A stretch of DNA of 64,000 nucleotides, taken from positions 124,001 through 188,000 of the forward strand of contig BAAIJX010000023.1 of NCBI GenBank assembly GCA_054600435.1, written 5' to 3'. Source of the stretch: Neophaeotheca triangularis. Taxonomy: Eukaryota. The notes beneath the pieces were generated by a model. The model was not told where the DNA came from. It worked only from the letters and a program-made list of their open reading frames with translations, and did no database searches. This document shows, in pieces, positions 12,763-22,832 of the stretch. The first letter of the stretch is position 1. Each line of letters starts with the position of its first letter. The position numbers and the translations under genes were made by a program.

Positions 12763-14547
12763 TCACTGTCCACTTCCGGGACCCAAGAATCCAGCCCATC
12801 CCGAAACCCACGAGCTCTTCTGCAATCCTAAAGTGGACGTCCCACCAGCACCCGTCTTTTGCTCTCCGAATGGCGACTGAGGTCCGGGGCTCGTAGGCAA
12901 GGTAGCACCATAGTTATCAACCTCATCATCCATATCACTCGCGCTTTCACCATCCTTCCCATAGCCATTCATATTATCGATGTCAGCCACGAAAGGGGAG
13001 GTGGGATCGTTTACTCTCTCCCCCGGCGCTCCGTCTCCGGGCATCAAAACCCCCGGCACGTACTCATCAACCTGCATTTCCTGCTCGTGCGCACGGGGAC
13101 CGAACTTACAGTTCATCTTCCCGCCGCGGTACCTGCAGACCGCATTTTGACAAACATGCCCACTATAGCAGTTGAGATTGCGGCAGTCGCCTCTCGCCTT
13201 GCAAGGATTACCTTGCACGATCTGCAAGAGCCTATTGAACTCTCCCTCAGCCATTGGGTCGTGATCGAATTCGCAACTGCCGTTGCGACAAGTGCCGAGG
13301 ATATGATAAGTGTTGCAAAACTTCTTACGCTGCACGCGGTTGAAAAAACTGTTCTTCTCCGCAGCGGTTGGATTGCGGACGAAAGGATCCAGGCGATACC
13401 CTGCTTTGTTGACGGGTATCTGACCTCTTGGAATTTGCGACCGCTGCGGAAGCTCTGCGGTAAAGTCGATTTGGTTTTGCGTTTGCTCTTCCTGAGGGCC
13501 GAAGTTTGATTGTTGGTTGCGGAAGAAGGCGCTGGCTTCTTGTGATGTATATGGCGTTTGAAAGGGGTCGGCATTGGCTCGCCAGTCGGCTGCACTCGAA
13601 GGTTGAGTGTGGTCGATAGATGTGTGGTTGGATCGCACTTTGATGTGAGCGAATTTGCAGCCGTTGCCGTACTTGCACTGGCCTTTTTGGAAAAAGTTGC
13701 ATATGGGTTTGTTGTTTTCTTGAGGTTCGTTTTTGACTGGCGGGGCTTGTTGAGCGACCATGGGCTGCTTCGGTGCAAAGAATTTTTGCTGCGTATCGAG
13801 TGGAGCAGTTCTGAAAACTCCATGAAACTCCTCGATACGCAGTCCCAGGTTGTTGAATTGATGGTGGAAAGCGGGCGTTCGCACCAACGTAATCTTTTCG
13901 TGGTTGTCCCGGTATGGCGTGAGCTCAGCAACATAGCCCACATCGTGACAACCTGCGAAAAAGATGTGCTTGCAAGATGGGTTGTTGACGAATTGCCTGA
14001 ACATGGCACGGATTTTGAAGTCGGCGTTTTCCTTCAGATCGCCAGCGTCGACGAAATCGAATAAGTCGTTGGAGCGGGTGAAACTTGCTGCGAAAGGCGC
14101 GAGAGAACGCTTCTCCGGTCCGCAGAGTCCAGCTTTCGAGGCAGCTTTCGAAAGGCCGGCAAGGTTCGTATAAACACGGACCATGATACTGCAAGTCGAA
14201 TCAAGGCCTCGGTTGGCCAAGCTGTTCCGAACAGTACGGCTGAGAAGCTGACCGGCTGCCTGGCCGCCCTCTGTACCCTTGGAGATAAGACCGTCGTCGA
14301 AGACGTAACCATCGCCATCAATAAGTACAAGTACGAAGGAGGCCCGCTCAGAACCTCTAGCCATCTGCTTGTACTTTTCGCGGGCATCACGTTCCTCCTC
14401 GTAGTCGCTTTTCAGGCGCCTGAAATCTTCGATAAGCGTGTGGTAGTTTTGTAAGATATCGGAGAGCGATGTCTGCTGCTGTTTGGAGACATCTTCAAAA
14501 GTACGAAGCTGCCCGAGAGCATTGCTCAGCTCTCTTTCGTCCGGCAT
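12763..14547 (-). CDS. CCCH zinc-finger protein with N-terminal coiled coil and NYN/PIN-like (DUF7923-type) domain
   Basis: FVLVLIDGDG..FDFVDAG..KENADFKI..HIFFAGCHDVGY. CCCH fingers CNFFQKGQCKYGNGCKFAH and CNTYHILGTCRNGSCEFDH plus further Cys/His clusters. Intronless, ATG at 14547. Confidence 0.8.
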   Translation of the reverse strand: MPDERELSNALGQLRTFEDVSKQQQTSLSDILQNYHTLIEDFRRLKSDYEEERDAREKYKQMARGSERASFVLVLIDGDGYVFDDGLISKGTEGGQAAGQLLSRTVRNSLANRGLDSTCSIMVRVYTNLAGLSKAASKAGLCGPEKRSLAPFAASFTRSNDLFDFVDAGDLKENADFKIRAMFRQFVNNPSCKHIFFAGCHDVGYVAELTPYRDNHEKITLVRTPAFHHQFNNLGLRIEEFHGVFRTAPLDTQQKFFAPKQPMVAQQAPPVKNEPQENNKPICNFFQKGQCKYGNGCKFAHIKVRSNHTSIDHTQPSSAADWRANADPFQTPYTSQEASAFFRNQQSNFGPQEEQTQNQIDFTAELPQRSQIPRGQIPVNKAGYRLDPFVRNPTAAEKNSFFNRVQRKKFCNTYHILGTCRNGSCEFDHDPMAEGEFNRLLQIVQGNPCKARGDCRNLNCYSGHVCQNAVCRYRGGKMNCKFGPRAHEQEMQVDEYVPGVLMPGDGAPGERVNDPTSPFVADIDNMNGYGKDGESASDMDDEVDNYGATLPTSPGPQSPFGEQKTGAGGTSTLGLQKSSWVSGWAGFLGPGSGQ

Positions 14548-15079
14548 GATAGTGAAGTTATATCGAGTCAAGATGTCTTTGTCCGTCGCGGATACTTATT
14601 GCCGCGCTGCTACTGCGCATTAATAAAATGAGGCGGAGTCCAAGTCCAGAAGCTGAAGACAAAGGCTGGGCGACCGTAAGCGCAGAGCAAAGGCTAGACT
14701 AGACATGCGCCGTCTGCCAATTGCTTGCTACGGAAACGGGCGTCTCTGACTTGAGTACTGTATGTCAGAGAAAGTGCAATGGAAGATTCGATCCAAGCGT
14801 GCCTAAGATGGCAGTAGATGCAGGTGGGAGAGTGGACGACGGCGGCTAATATAAGCCGGGCGTGTGAATTCTAACTTCGGCCCAACGCGCAATCACGTGG
14901 GACAGCGCGTTGCTTGGCACATACTAGAGCTTTCAGAGCACGTGGACCAGTAGCAATTGTCCGCGTGAGATTCATATCGATAGCAGTGGCGTGACTTGGG
15001 TATTCAAGAAGTTTGCTACAAGAAGAGCTACAAGAAGACCTTTGACTTTGGCGAGGTCTGGACGCCAATTCTCGGAAAG

Positions 15080-15715
15080 CTACCAGACCACACGCTGATC
15101 CTTCCGATAAACAACCGGAATCACCCCCACGAACCCGTCCAACGTAACCTCCAAATCAATCTCCGAAGCCTCCATCACCGCCTTTGTAACAGCAGCCCTG
15201 GTTTGTCGCAAAGCACTGTCAGCCCACTCGTAAGTGTCCACATCAGCTTCCAAACCACTGAGCGGCAAATCGCCCCACTTCTCCAGATCGCCATAGTTTG
15301 AAGTCGTCAAAGCCTCCAGCAACGATTCCAGCCGCAGAATACCCGCATCGGATTCATCCATCTCGGTTTCCGCCCTCATCCTGCGCTTGAAGCCGCGATT
15401 GAGCTCCTTGAGTTTTACGCAAAGGGCTTTCTGCTGGTCTTCGATCTGACTGCGCACCTTTTTGAGCTCGGAGTCGGTTTCCAGGTTCTGCATGGCGGCT
15501 GCGAGGTCTGCATGCTGGGAGAGAAGGGAAACTTGTTGTTGTTTCTGCAGGGCTAGTGCGCGGTAGTGGACGATTCGAGCGTCATGGAGGATGGCTTCGT
15601 AGGAAGTTTGGAAGATTTTGAATTTGTCGGTGCGGACCTGGAGGCGGATGCGGACGGCAATTTCCTTGGTTGGGAGTGGGGGAATGGGTGTTGGGCTCTC
15701 GTTGGAGGAAGTCAT
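15080..15715 (-). CDS. Hypothetical coiled-coil protein
   Basis: ORF from ATG 15715 (MTSSNES), ~211 aa, helical composition; no recognisable family. Confidence 0.55.
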   Translation of the reverse strand: MTSSNESPTPIPPLPTKEIAVRIRLQVRTDKFKIFQTSYEAILHDARIVHYRALALQKQQQVSLLSQHADLAAAMQNLETDSELKKVRSQIEDQQKALCVKLKELNRGFKRRMRAETEMDESDAGILRLESLLEALTTSNYGDLEKWGDLPLSGLEADVDTYEWADSALRQTRAAVTKAVMEASEIDLEVTLDGFVGVIPVVYRKDQRVVW

Positions 15716-16125
15716 TTTTTGTTGATTGGTAGGGTTTGGCAAAGGTAGGTTGGTTTGGTTTGGTGAAGGGAATTGGTGAAGAACTTGTTGGTAGTTCAAG
15801 GCGATACAGAGAGGATCTCTTTGTAGACCTGGAAGTTGCCTTGACTGCAGTCAATGGCGTGGCCTCTCCGTGACCCTTGAAGAGCCATTGAACGTGATTT
15901 CCGGCATGAGACGGTAGGGATACAATCGACGGTAGTGATAAGAGGACTCGGCCCTCATCACGAGGGCGTGGCCGTGATGCTGGCTGCTTGCCATAACAGT
16001 CCTTCTCGGGCCGTCTTCGAGCCACGATATGGAACATTGGCGAGCTCCTAGTTGTGACTGGATCAACGTGTTAGGTCTGGCCGAGACTTCACTGGGGTAG
16101 ATCGTCGCGCTCTACGGTACAAGGC

Positions 16126-16711
16126 TCAAAGGTATCTCTTAGCAGCAGCAGCGACCCTCGACCTGAAGATTGGCGAAGTGATTTGTTGATTGGCATCGTA
16201 AAAAGGGTTGAGCGTGCACTTGACCCAGATCTCGTAGACCTGTAGCTTTGTTAGCTGGATGTAAGGCACACTCGGCTGATCATTGCCCTACCTCATTCAT
16301 GAACAGCCTCACAGCATCCTCGGTCTGAGGCGAATTGGGATTGTTCGCGAGGAGCAGTCCTTGCCTCGAGCTGGGCGGCTGCTTACTGGGCGGCGAAGAA
16401 AGTTGGTAAGCAGAGTAGGTTGTGCTCGAAGGATCCGGATTCATCAGCAGCAAGAACTTTGCGTTTGTACCTGTGAGGAAGCAGTGGATGTGGTTGTTCT
16501 GATAAGAATCGACGCGCTTGAGATACATGTCCTTGGTGCCCCATTGAGCCTCTTCGACCAAGTCAAGACTGGCATGGACAATGAATTGATTCATATGTCT
16601 TGCCTCTTCGCGGAATCTGGCCACCCCATCACCGCCTGACTTGGAAGTACCAAACTCGACTTCGAAGAGCGGATTGTCTCTCGTTCCGATGATGGTGAAG
16701 TAGTAGGACAT
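16126..16711 (-). CDS. TRS20: TRAPP complex subunit Trs20 (sedlin)
   Basis: MSYYFTIIGTRDNPLFEVEFGT..NQFIVHASLDLVEE..MYLKRVD. Intron 16240-16291, then VYEIWVKCTLNPFY..ITSPIFRSRVAAAAKRYL*. Confidence 0.92.
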
Positions 16712-16986
16712 AATGGGCGGACCTTTGGCGTTGGGGGTACTATGGCGCGAATCTCCTCCTGATAGACTTCTATATCATCATTTCAATAAGAGAGAGAGAA
16801 CGTTTGGATAGGCGAATGCCTCGCGCAGGAGGTGTTGTTGGAAGAAGATCTTATCTTATCTGGACGCCTAGCCGGCTACATCGAGAATATTGGCTTTCCC
16901 GCTGGCTCCGCAACCTAGACCACGCTCCTACATCTTGACAGCGCTGAACCGGTCACTCGCAACATTGCTGTACTACAATACCGATC

Positions 16987-17658
16987 ATGTTCGGACCGTT
17001 CAAACCATCTGCGCCGCTTTCCGGTGGTCTCCTATGGTATGCGCCACGGCAATATAGAAAACATACTTGCAAACGCTGACCTGCAAACAGGAAGGTACCA
17101 TGGCGACTTTCTCCGCCGCAAAAGCTCCGCCAACGCCGCCGTCTGCGCCGTGTAGATAATGTAGTAACGACGCTCGACAATGCCCTACAGAGACAAGCGG
17201 CATCTACTTCCCAGCAAAGTGGGCGTCCGGACCCTCACTCTCCCCTATCGAACCCGAAGAAGGCTCCCAACAATCCCCAGCAGCAATCCGGAAGCACTGG
17301 CAAAGCAACCCCTTCAGAGCTCTCACAAACTGCGCAAGGGCAACGTATACTCCGCGACGAAACCGAACTAGAAGGTTCTACAGCGCCACCACCACAACCA
17401 CCGCAGTCAGGGCATTCGCACGCTCTGTCCCCGGTACACAGTATGCCGGGTCGCCAGGTTGTGCCGCAGAGGGCGAACATGTTGGGCACGATAAGGCCAG
17501 TGGAGAGGTGGAAGGCCACAATGCCGACTGAGCAGGAGATGCTGCCGAAAGACAAGTACAGCATGTTTGACAGGAAAGCGAGAGGGTATAGGAAGGGCAT
17601 TCACAAGCTGCCGAAATGGACCAGACTCAGCCAGAGGGTCAATCCGCCGGGTTTCTAG
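16987..17658 (+). CDS. MRPL31: Mitochondrial large-subunit ribosomal protein L31 (mL60)
   Basis: MFGPFKPSAPLSGGLLW, intron 17037-17090, KVPWRLSPPQKLRQRRRLRRVDNVV..MPTEQEMLPKDKYSMFDRKARGYRKGIHKLPKWTRLSQRVNPPGF*. Confidence 0.93.
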
Positions 17659-18319
17659 GGTTTTCCACCTGGCAGGAGGGAATTGACAAGGCGTTTGGCG
17701 TGGCATGATATCAGCATTTCGCGAAAGAGGCGCGAGGGAAGAGAGGCATCGAGCGAAAGGCAGCTGCGGAAGATGATCGGCTTGGAGGTTGTTTGAGACT
17801 TGCTTTCTCGCAGACATGGACCTTTAGACCATCTACCCTATTCCAGTCCATGGAGTTTGCCCGACAACGAAACACGCTATGTGCGATCACCCGCGAGGGT
17901 GCAGGATCGGCACCATTTGGCTGTATGGAATTTGACGGCGACTTGTACACCAGCATGTGTGCCAGCTGAGGAAGAATTCCCTCGTCGGAGATGGAGGGTA
18001 GACTGTCACAAAACTGTATTAAAACCATGTACGACTACTATCGTCAAGTCCAGCGACTTGGTTGTTGCAGCTACGTTGACCTTGGGAATCTGTTAAGAAA
18101 GCCTCACAAGTCTATCACTGACCTATTCCCCAGGTAATCGAATTACTACTACTTGTTCAACCGTAGAAATTTCAACGTTTGAGAGAATCTTGGTTCCTCA
18201 CCTTATTGTCTTCCCGGTCTTCCGTATTACTCACCCTCGACTCCTAGTTTTAGTCTACGGTTTACTTAGTATGCTTTCATGATTACTGCCTAACTTACTC
18301 TATGTGTCATTATCTAGCT

Positions 18320-18530
18320 TACTCTCTATTTTACTCTATTTCACCCTCTACTTTACTCTTGTTTTACGCCCCATTTCTCTCCCTATTTCACTCCCTATTC
18401 CACTCCTTGATTCATTTTCTATCTTACTCCATATTTTACTCCCTGTTTCACCCCCTTATCTAACTCCTAGATCCACCTCAGATCCACCTCCTGTCTTGCT
18501 CCTCATTCTACCTACTATTTTATCACCTAC
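18320..18530. repeat. Degenerate 12-bp minisatellite (consensus ~CTCCCTATTTCA) in an AT-rich, RIP-like tract
   Basis: Consecutive units ctccctatttca/ctccctattcca/ctccttgattca/ttttctatctta/ctccatatttta/ctccctgtttca/cccccttatcta. Confidence 0.7.
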
Positions 18531-18759
18531 TTATTTCTCGACATCGTTTCCCGACCTACTTAGTACAGTAGTGGAAGTCGGATAGACCTAATACCTTATC
18601 TAGAACGAGGATGAGCGGGAAGCACCGACGAGTACTAATCTACATTCCGAGTGATTCGAAATACAAAACGACCAAGATAGTACGTAAGCCTAGTCTCGTC
18701 CTACTAAAACAATGTACGATACTGGACTCGTAGACATCAAACCGGGCGCCTCCTCCTGC

Positions 18760-19713
18760 TCACGCCGCCTTCAGCATCTGCTTCAACACTTGCGAAGCCT
18801 TACGCTGCGGCGGTGCCAAATCCATCACCGCCCTACTCGTGGGCATAGTTTCCACCGAACACTTCCCCTCCCACGAGGGCACTGGAGCCAAAGCGATCGA
18901 GCGAATAGCCAGCTCGGTCAGATCCCCATTTTGGCGCAGTGCATCCAAAAATGACATGTCCTTGAATTTGACTTTCTCGACCTTCTCTCCAATCTGCTCC
19001 CCAAGAATGTCCACTATCTGCTTTCCGGTGATGTTTTCCGGCCCATTGATACAGAGTCGGCCTTGATGGCGGCTGTCGATATAGTCCTGGGCGAGCAATT
19101 GAGCAGCGAGCTCGCCGACATCGCTGGGGTCTATCACGGCGACGGGTGCAGTCTCGTCAGCCATGAAACCGAGTGGCTCCTGCTTGCCGGTTTCACGGTA
19201 CTTTTGAAGCCAGTTCAAGCAAGGCATGAAGTAAGTGTTGGTGAAAACGTTGGGTTGAAGCGAAGACCAATGGAGGTCTTTGAACTCCGGCTGGCTGAGG
19301 AGGTTCTCAATGGCCCAGTGGGTTCGACCGTAATAGACTTGCGACTCGGGAGCCACGTTGGCCGGGGTAGTCGAGATGCGTACGACATATTTGACTCCAG
19401 CGAGCTGGGCGTTGTTGAGGAAGTTGGCTTCGAGTGCAAAGGCAGAGAGGGTGTTGAAAGCGGCGAGGAATACCCTAACGATTTCGTTGTCTTTCAACCA
19501 TTGAATGTCGATGTCGGTCCAGTCTTTCTCGGTCATTTGGACATGCGGTATCTCTGACAATTCCTTTGCAGTTGCGCTGGTGACGTCCCGTGTTAGACCG
19601 AGGATTCTGTAGCTTTTAAGGTTCTTGCTGGTGTCAAGGAGCTTTGGAAGCAGATGCATTACACTCTGACCAGTGTTGCCAGTCGCACCTGCAACAAGAA
19701 TTGTAGGCGCCAT
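18760..19713 (-). CDS. NmrA-like NAD(P)-binding Rossmann protein (atypical SDR)
   Basis: ILVAGATGNTG, GLTRD, YYGRTHWAIE, WSSLQPNVF, IDPSDVG, INGPENITG; intronless, 317 aa. Confidence 0.9.
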   Translation of the reverse strand: MAPTILVAGATGNTGQSVMHLLPKLLDTSKNLKSYRILGLTRDVTSATAKELSEIPHVQMTEKDWTDIDIQWLKDNEIVRVFLAAFNTLSAFALEANFLNNAQLAGVKYVVRISTTPANVAPESQVYYGRTHWAIENLLSQPEFKDLHWSSLQPNVFTNTYFMPCLNWLQKYRETGKQEPLGFMADETAPVAVIDPSDVGELAAQLLAQDYIDSRHQGRLCINGPENITGKQIVDILGEQIGEKVEKVKFKDMSFLDALRQNGDLTELAIRSIALAPVPSWEGKCSVETMPTSRAVMDLAPPQRKASQVLKQMLKAA

Positions 19714-20444
19714 CTTTAATAATCGGGGTTTATGATCGGGAAACGTAAGGAAGAGACAAGAGGCTTGATACTAGACGTAGCTTGTCTCGTCGGGGATGTC
19801 GTATGCTTTTATGCTTGACCACTTGTTTGTAATACTTTACCTCCGGATACAGCGGATGACAAACCTTAGAAAGATACGGAAGAAGAGGTGACGTCGCTCT
19901 ACATACTGCGTAACGCTTCCAAGGTTCTCAGGTCTGTAAGCCTCTACGACAATAGAGACCTGTGAGTGAACCTTAAGGTAAGATTGGTAAGTCTAGATGC
20001 ATTATTTATGCTTTGTTTATGGAAATTTATGCCAATGCTCGAATGAAGCGTTAAGTTGCGTGACATGAACTCTACTTTGTCTGTAAGCTTAATTATGCAG
20101 GGAAATATCTTCAGTATGCACACCCGCACTGATGCCACAACAGCGCTGTCCTTGGGATGCTTAACCAGAATGCTCGAGGGTGTAACATCTCGTTTGTGTC
20201 GACGGACGACATTAGAGCTCCCTCATACGGTGGATGTCAGCACGCAGCGATCGAACAAGACTTTCAAAGACAAGCGAGATTATCGATTACCTACGTAGAT
20301 GAGGTGAGGTCGGAAAAAGACAAACAAGGTTCCCGGCTAGCGCGTTCGGCAGACCTTCCAACTCTACCAAGTTTAAACCTCTGGAAGCTCTTTTTTCAGA
20401 CAACCTTTGGCTGAAAACATACTATACGACTTGACAAAATCAAC

Positions 20445-22386
20445 ATGAAGCGCAAACTGAACGAACACGACGTCCCGGAGGCGACATCCACTGGAGTTGG
20501 AAAAGCATCTCCCGCAAAGCCTGCCTTCGCCGCCCTCAACCTCGATTCCCGCATCCTCAAAGCCATTTCTCGAGAAAAATTGCCATCCCCGACGCCGGTA
20601 CAAGCCAAAGCCATTCCTCTAGCACTGGAAGGCAAGGATGTTCTAGGTAAGCTTCTCTGGCGATCGCAGTTGATGTTTCCGCTAACACAAAGAAGCTCGA
20701 GCAAAAACCGGCTCCGGAAAGACCCTCGCATACCTTTTGCCCATCCTACACTCGATTCTCAGCAACAAGACCTCGGCGAAGGTGCGCAAACAAACGACTG
20801 CGCTCATATTAGTCCCCACGAAAGAGCTCGCTACTCAGGTCACATCCACTACCAAGACGTTCTCTTCCTTTTGCGCCGAAAGCATTCGGGTCGAGAATGT
20901 CACCCGCAAAGAGGATGCTGCCGTCACCCGCGCAAGACTTGCAGAAAATCCGGACATCGTAGTCGCCACACCCGCCAGGGCAAGTCAGTGGTCAAATGAC
21001 CAGGCTCTGAGCCTTGAGAGTCTCAAATGGATTGTTATCGACGAGGCAGATTTAGTACTGAGCTATGGGTATCAGGAAGATCTTGAAAGCATCGCTGCAG
21101 CACTTCCCAAGGGCGTACAGACCATGATGATGAGCGCTACGCTGCGCACGGAGGTGGACAAGCTCACCAAGCTTTTCTGCAAGGACAAAGAGCCTGAGAT
21201 TCTGGATTTGAGTGCGGAGGAAGCCGGCGAGAAGAACGTACTCAAGCAGTACATTGTGAAGACGGCGGAACAAGAGAAGTTTCTGCTAATCTATGCCATC
21301 TTCAAACTTCAACTGGTCAAGGGCAAGGTCATCGTGTTTGTGGCAGATGTGGACAGGTGTTACAGGGTCAAGCTCTTTCTGGAACAATTTGGCATTCGGA
21401 GTTGCGTGTTGAACAGCGAGCTGCCGGTCAACAGCAGGCTGCATGCCGTGGAAGAGTTTAATCGTGGCGTTTACGACATCATCATCGCGGCTGATGAGAA
21501 TGAGGTTATTGGGGAGGAGGATGGGAGTAGTAAGAAGAGGAAGGTTGAAGAAGAGGAAGCGGACGACGGTGAACCTCAGGCAGTCGAAGAGTCTAGCAAA
21601 GGTGGCAGGAACACGTCTGGCAACGGTGAGGAACAAGGAAGCAAAGGGAAGAGTTCCAAGGATCAGAAGCGCAAAGCCCCGCAGCAAGATCGAGAGTTTG
21701 GCATTTCTCGGGGTATCGACTTCCGGAACGTCGCTTGCGTACTCAACTTCGACCTCCCGGCTACTTCGAAGTCTTACACTCACCGCATCGGTCGTACTGC
21801 TCGCGCCGGACAAACTGGTATGGCTCTGTCGTTTGTCGTCCCGAAAGAACTCTATCGAAAGCATAAACCAACCTCCATTCCGCAATGTGAGAACGACGAG
21901 AAGGTGCTGGAGAAGGTGCGGCAAAAGCAGGAGAAGACAGGCGCGGAGCTTGAAGAGTGGCAGTTCGACATGTCCAAGTTGGAAGGCTTCCGCTACCGAA
22001 TGGCAGACGCATTGCGCAGTGTCACTCGTATCGCAATCCGCGAGGCTCGCACGAGAGAGTTGAGGCAGGAGCTCATAAAATCCGAGAAGCTGAAGAGGCA
22101 TTTCGAGGAGAACCCCGAGGAGCTCCGGCATTTGCGACATGACACGGAGTCGCATGCTGTACGGCAGTTTCCCCACTTGAAGCACGTGCCGGACTACCTT
22201 CTACCTACGGGAGGTCGGGCGGCTGTTAGCGCTGAAGTTGGGACTGTGGGTCTGAGAAAGGAGAGCGAGAATAGGATAAGAAAAGCAAGGTCCTTCAACA
22301 AGGGCAGGGGTAAGGGAAGCCTGGCGAAGGGCAAAGGTCTTGATCCGCTGAGAAGTTTGAATGTCAAAGGGAGAGGAAAGAAATAG
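20445..22386 (+). CDS. DBP9: ATP-dependent DEAD-box RNA helicase Dbp9 (60S biogenesis)
   Basis: [21 protein letters not shown], intron 20647-20695, [55 protein letters not shown]. Confidence 0.95.
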
Positions 22387-22832
22387 GGGTGTATGGATGG
22401 CAGAGAGATAACGGTAATGTCAAATTCGAATCCACCCCAGGTGGCCAACACCAAGGAAACTCCTTTCGAACAGGCCTCTTTCAGCACTACGTATCGAACA
22501 TCTACACCCTCAATTTTTCTTTCTGGAGCTTACGTTGCATCTCTTCTCTTTGCTCCTGGTTTCACACGGCGTTTGCTACAACCACATCAGAGCCTTTCAC
22601 CATGTCAAAGGGGCCAATGCGTCAAGCCTTCTCTTTCTTGCATCTTCCTCATCGTCATCAGATGGGGAGCTGAAGATTGATCCACAAAAGGGGCAGTTCC
22701 CGCCACTGCATCAAACTTCTCCTTTCCTCTACAGCATCCGCAGCTTGGTCATAAGTTGCCTCTGCTTTCTCAAACTTCGCATTTCCTCTTCTTTTCACCT
22801 TTACCGATCCGCCGTTAGTGAAACAACCCATC

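Noticed and set aside
18304..18585. 93-aa Leu/Ser/Pro-rich ORF resembling a membrane protein
   Set aside because: Translation of the pyrimidine-rich minisatellite; non-ATG start.
21286..22185. 299-aa antisense ORF in DBP9 (and similar long antisense ORFs in SEC2, the CCCH gene, pectate lyase and CLC1)
   Set aside because: Antisense shadows of well-supported genes with biased codon usage.
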